IMG/VR virus record: IMGVR_UViG_3300043446_000670
Source of the DNA: an uncultured virus (IMG/VR IMGVR_UViG_3300043446_000670)
Taxonomy: Duplodnaviria; Heunggongvirae; Uroviricota; Caudoviricetes
Direction: 5' to 3' (one strand)
Length of the DNA stretch: 20,000 bases
Part shown: positions 16,970 through 20,000 of the stretch, piece after piece
Numbering within the stretch: position 1 is the stretch's first letter
How the letters are laid out: every line of letters starts with the position of its first letter
The notes under the pieces: model-generated
What the model saw: only the letters and a program-made list of their open reading frames with translations
What the model was told of the DNA's origin: nothing
Database searches by the model: none
Program-made: the position numbers and the translations under genes

Positions 16970-17892
16970 TAATTCACCTGCAATCTGACCTGACCATCAC
17001 GATAAGCATCCATACGTTGTTTGCCATCTCCCAGATTCTTGAGCAGAGCAATGGACTGTGTATAACGATCCTCGTACAACCCTCTGTCTTCAGGCAGAAC
17101 TTTCATATATGTCAACGCTTCCAACATCGTGGCATTGAACAGGGCTGAGTCAAAGTTGTCTCCAAGCCAAGTCGTGCCAGATGCGTTGGTTACTGTGCCG
17201 ACGGTTACCGTAAACCCTGATCCCAGACCACCAATATCTGCCGCGTCTGCGCTCAACACATCGTTAGTGACGTAATAACATCCACCGTCCACCAAGCTGA
17301 CAGAAGTAATGACATTCCCGGAAATGATGATGTTGACCAGCGCACCGTACCCTGTGCCATTGGTCAAAGGCACATTGAAGTAGGTTCCGTTTGCGTATCC
17401 CGTTCCAGCATTGGTAATAGACAAGGTTGAAATCGGGCTTTGAACAATCGAATCCGGGTAGTAGTAATAATGCAGTTCTGCCCCATAGTTTGCATCAGGG
17501 GTAGGACCAACGATGAATGTCAGTTCATTAACATTCGATGAGACAGGACCAAACAGGGCGTAGTGTTTTGGCTTGCCGGTGTCTGATGGACCGGGATATG
17601 CCTCGCGGATAAAGTTCACATCCTTGTTCAGCAAATAGGAGTAATCCCCGCCGCCATTGGGATAGATTGCTAGGGAGTACACAGAAAGGAAGTCTGTCGG
17701 ACATTGGAGGTACTTATTGCCCGACGTAAGTGTTCCCGTCACGTTCTTTCTCAGGTTTGCAATCTGCACCGTGTTGTAGATGCGCTGCTCTGCCTGACGT
17801 ATGAACGTGTTTATGATTCGCGGGTTAGACGCATAGTCAAAATCGTTTTCCGCGTAATCCTGAACTGTGCTGACAAGGTCTGCGTAGTTCAT
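16969..17892 (-). CDS. Head-tail adaptor/tail tubular A-like protein with inserted beta domain
   Basis: 307 aa; MNY..L...VQDY.EN...FI.QAEQRIYN...P.DFL...VGPTPD.NY.AELHYYYYP...WLGDN...EA..YMK adaptor-like pattern. Confidence 0.7.
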   Translation of the reverse strand: MNYADLVSTVQDYAENDFDYASNPRIINTFIRQAEQRIYNTVQIANLRKNVTGTLTSGNKYLQCPTDFLSVYSLAIYPNGGGDYSYLLNKDVNFIREAYPGPSDTGKPKHYALFGPVSSNVNELTFIVGPTPDANYGAELHYYYYPDSIVQSPISTLSITNAGTGYANGTYFNVPLTNGTGYGALVNIIISGNVITSVSLVDGGCYYVTNDVLSADAADIGGLGSGFTVTVGTVTNASGTTWLGDNFDSALFNATMLEALTYMKVLPEDRGLYEDRYTQSIALLKNLGDGKQRMDAYRDGQVRLQVN

Positions 17893-17895
17893 TTA

Positions 17896-18153
17896 TCACC
17901 CCATTGGACCACGCGCCATCACACCCTTGGTTGCTGCACCGGTGCCACGAATCTTGATGCCAGAGGTCTTGTCGGCTGGGTAGTTACCCTTGCTGATCGT
18001 GCCAACAGAAATGTCCATGTTGTCCATGACCTTCGCGCCGGACTCGGTATTGACCTTGGGTTTGGTTGCCTTACCAGACATATCATGGGGCGCGGCATAG
18101 GTTTTAGCCTGACCGACTTCCTTGCCACCCATTTTGTGACTGAACTTAGCCAT
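17896..18153 (-). CDS. Small basic protein
   Basis: 85 aa; Lys/Gly/Met-rich; C-term GIKIRGTGAATKGVMARGPMG; TAATG coupling with the upstream gene. Confidence 0.75.
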   Translation of the reverse strand: MAKFSHKMGGKEVGQAKTYAAPHDMSGKATKPKVNTESGAKVMDNMDISVGTISKGNYPADKTSGIKIRGTGAATKGVMARGPMG

Positions 18154-18317
18154 TATCGACCCCTTCCGGTAGAACGCTGGTTCATGGCACGAGCCAAATT
18201 ACGCCCATATTTCTTCATTTCTGAGCTTGTCACGCCGCCTTTGCTCATTTTATGCATACGTTTTTCATGCGCCTTGACTTCCTTATCGGCGATCTTCTTA
18301 ACTTCTGACTTATCCAT
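18153..18317 (-). CDS. Small basic protein (54 aa) with MSKGGV motif
   Basis: Not in the ORF track. AAGGAG RBS, ATG at 18317: MDKSEVKKIADKEVKAHEKRMHKMSKGGVTSSEMKKYGRNLARAMNQRSTGRGR*; the TAA overlaps the next ATG and the ORF fills the gap. Confidence 0.85.
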   Translation of the reverse strand: MDKSEVKKIADKEVKAHEKRMHKMSKGGVTSSEMKKYGRNLARAMNQRSTGRGR

Positions 18318-18326
18318 GTTTGCTCC

Positions 18327-18743
18327 TTATGTCACACTTACAGTCGCGTTTCCTACCAGCGCCTTAGACACCAGATTATTTGGTGTCAAAACGGCATCGT
18401 AATTTCTAGAACCACCAACCGGATACCAGCCCCATTGAATATCCCGTGAGCCACCTGTGGGGTATCCGGCATCTCCACCATTCGGGGCATCCTGTAGACC
18501 GTTTAAACCAGCGGTAAAGTAGGTCGTATCTGGACGCGGTTCCCGGACTGCTTGCGGATCATCCACTGGGTACATACCCAATTGCAACTGAGGATGATCA
18601 GGAGACCAGCACTCGTCACAAACTTTCAATTGGTACAACTTTGTTTTAACAACCTCATAACGAAGCTGCTTAAGTTTAAACCTAAAACCGCAAATATCAC
18701 ACTGGGCAATGCTCCATTTTCCAGAGGAATATCTGTTTCCCAT
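18327..18743 (-). CDS. Zn-ribbon-like protein (CxxC...CxxC), probably virion-associated
   Basis: 138 aa; CDICG and CDECW, followed by DHPQLQLG...DPQAVREPRPD; GGGAG RBS; TGATG coupling. Confidence 0.78.
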   Translation of the reverse strand: MGNRYSSGKWSIAQCDICGFRFKLKQLRYEVVKTKLYQLKVCDECWSPDHPQLQLGMYPVDDPQAVREPRPDTTYFTAGLNGLQDAPNGGDAGYPTGGSRDIQWGWYPVGGSRNYDAVLTPNNLVSKALVGNATVSVT

Positions 18744-19675
18744 CAGTAATAACTCCCACCAATGAAAGTTGCCCTTGGGACAAGTCTCAGAGCAGCTTTT
18801 TCCCGGTCTTCCCCTGCCGCCAGATTGAACTGTTCGTCATAGACAGCCTTCAACATATCCAGCCTTGATGCCATTTCTGGGATCTTCATGGCGATGTAAT
18901 AAGCCAATCCTGCGACTAGGCATGGGTAGAACCTGAAGTTCATATCTGCCGTTTGGATACCATTACCCGCATCCTGCACCCGGCGAAGTCTCCAGTAGGC
19001 AAGCGTGTAGGTCTGGGAGCCATCAGGCGTAGGCCAGACAGTAACGGCTGGAAGCTGCGGCGCATAGACCGTTGTGCCAGTGGTATGGGGTGCGGCGGTC
19101 GTGTTGTTCTGACCACGGAATATATTCATCAGGACGTTGCCAGAAATATAACCATAGTAGATGTCTTCACTGTCGATCCGGATGTATCCACTTGAAGCTA
19201 AGTTATTTGTGGAACTTAGGGTGATCGTGTTGTCTGTGGCAGTAAGGTTGCCAACCAAGGTAGCCCCGGCAGGACCAACCTGACCAGACAACCGCTGTAT
19301 CCAGATCTGAATTGGACGAGCTTGAGTGAGCTTATTTGGGATTGTTGCGTAGGTCGATGCGCTGATGCGGCTGATGTTTAAATCAGTTTGCAGGTTCTGC
19401 TGGTTGGCGTTTGTACGAATTACATGCTCCAACAGGTCAATCGTGTCTATAGGTAGTGGGTATGTGTTTAAACCTTGCTCGAACGTAATCGTCCCTTGCT
19501 CGATTGTCCACATGTTGATACCACGGTTTGCCCACTCAATCGTCAAAAGGTTCATGGAACGACGAGCAGTCTTGAGATCGTAACCGCTGCGCATCTCGCG
19601 CCCAGCCCTCTCCCACGCCTCCTCGGCGATCTCCGTGAACTCCATATTGAAAAGGGTTGAGCCGGTAGTAGTCAT
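18743..19675 (-). CDS. Head-tail connector protein (P22 gp4-like) with inserted domain
   Basis: 310 aa; IAEEAWERAG...GYDLKTARRSMNLL..EWANRGIN.WT...VWPTPD...RFYPCLVAGLAYYIAMK...LKA.YDEQF.LAA.EDRE. Confidence 0.72.
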   Translation of the reverse strand: MTTTGSTLFNMEFTEIAEEAWERAGREMRSGYDLKTARRSMNLLTIEWANRGINMWTIEQGTITFEQGLNTYPLPIDTIDLLEHVIRTNANQQNLQTDLNISRISASTYATIPNKLTQARPIQIWIQRLSGQVGPAGATLVGNLTATDNTITLSSTNNLASSGYIRIDSEDIYYGYISGNVLMNIFRGQNNTTAAPHTTGTTVYAPQLPAVTVWPTPDGSQTYTLAYWRLRRVQDAGNGIQTADMNFRFYPCLVAGLAYYIAMKIPEMASRLDMLKAVYDEQFNLAAGEDREKAALRLVPRATFIGGSYY

Positions 19676-19678
19676 GGT

Positions 19679-19813
19679 TTAGCCCAGTTCTTCTTCTGCC
19701 ATTATCTCTTCTGCAATCTCTCTGGATTCGTCTTCCAAGACTTCTTCCAGACCACAAAAGCATGGGTTATCAAATTCTTCTTTTGCCGGGCAATCTTTAG
19801 CGTGGTAGTTCAT
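19679..19813 (-). CDS. Small acidic peptide (44 aa) with HxxxC...CxC motif
   Basis: Not in the ORF track. MNYHAKDCPAKEEFDNPCFCGLEEVLEDESREIAEEIMAEEELG*; ATGA overlap with the upstream stop, GAGG upstream, ends 3 nt before the next ATG. Confidence 0.7.
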   Translation of the reverse strand: MNYHAKDCPAKEEFDNPCFCGLEEVLEDESREIAEEIMAEEELG

Positions 19814-20000
19814 TTTGCTGCCCTCATGTTGTCAACCAGCATTAAACCGTAAGAACCTTTTTCTTCAAGGTAACTTATGGCTTTTGCAAGAACATCAACA
19901 GAATCTTTTGCCATGCCAAGCAATGAATTGCAATTTAGACACAAAATACCGCGAAAATCACCGGTTTCATGATTGTGAACAATCGCATATTTACGCTTCC
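19810..20000 (-). CDS. C-terminal part of an endonuclease VII-like (homing-type) nuclease, 5' end outside window
   Basis: Not in the ORF track. KRKYAIVHNHETGDFRGILCLNCNSLLGMAKDSVDVLAKAISYLEEKGSYGLMLVDNMRAAK*; matches the Endonuclease_7 pattern DHxHxTGxxRGLLCxxCNxxLG...D...L..A..YL. Confidence 0.85.
   Translation of the reverse strand, partial: KRKYAIVHNHETGDFRGILCLNCNSLLGMAKDSVDVLAKAISYLEEKGSYGLMLVDNMRAAK

Noticed and set aside
115..19660. All plus-strand ORFs in the track, including 115-573, 5307-5858 and 17704-18402
   Set aside because: They are antisense to a continuous chain of coupled minus-strand phage genes and show no recognisable motifs.
75..19763. Alternative-frame minus-strand ORFs (75-347, 2585-2767, 3955-4173, 10137-10337, 11598-11831, 13509-13814, 15610-15861, 17919-18128, 19536-19763)
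   Set aside because: They lie within better-supported genes and lack signal peptides or motifs, unlike the accepted Rz1 and lipoprotein overlaps.
19810..20000. Intein carrying the endonuclease
   Set aside because: No His-Asn followed by Cys/Ser/Thr junction downstream of the nuclease domain; the VHNH is the nuclease motif and is followed by His.
1..20000. CRISPR arrays, tRNA/rRNA genes, terminators, stop-codon recoding
   Set aside because: Intergenic gaps are about 12 nt or less, no spaced identical repeats or clear hairpin-U tracts were seen, and TAA, TAG and TGA all terminate genes normally.

Overview
The window is the virion-morphogenesis and lysis region of a tailed dsDNA phage, most likely a short-tailed (P22/T7-like tail architecture) aquatic phage of a Gram-negative host, as implied by its two-component spanin. 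All credible genes are on the minus strand and tightly packed; the plus-strand ORFs are shadows. In transcription order (right to left): a partial endonuclease VII-like ORF, a small acidic Cys/His peptide, two head-tail adaptor-like proteins, a Zn-ribbon protein, two small basic proteins, two paralogous structural proteins, a Trp-Gly/TGV-repeat protein, tail-fibre genes including two multi-LamG proteins (3 and 4 domains), an expanded lysis cassette (GH19 endolysin, holin candidate, Rz with embedded Rz1, extra lipoprotein and secreted/membrane proteins), a gp10-like nozzle protein, a DAFGRLRVS protein and a long coiled-coil ORF running off the left edge. Four genes absent from the ORF track were translated by hand (1-1815, 18153-18317, 19679-19813, 19810-20000). 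The most notable observations are the alternating GC-rich framework and AT-rich LamG cores in the fibres, an EndoVII ORF with a DH-to-VH change that ends in what looks like another phage gene's C-terminus, the extra exported proteins in the lysis cassette, and domain insertions in several tail proteins. Family assignments come from motif recognition only; no searches were run.
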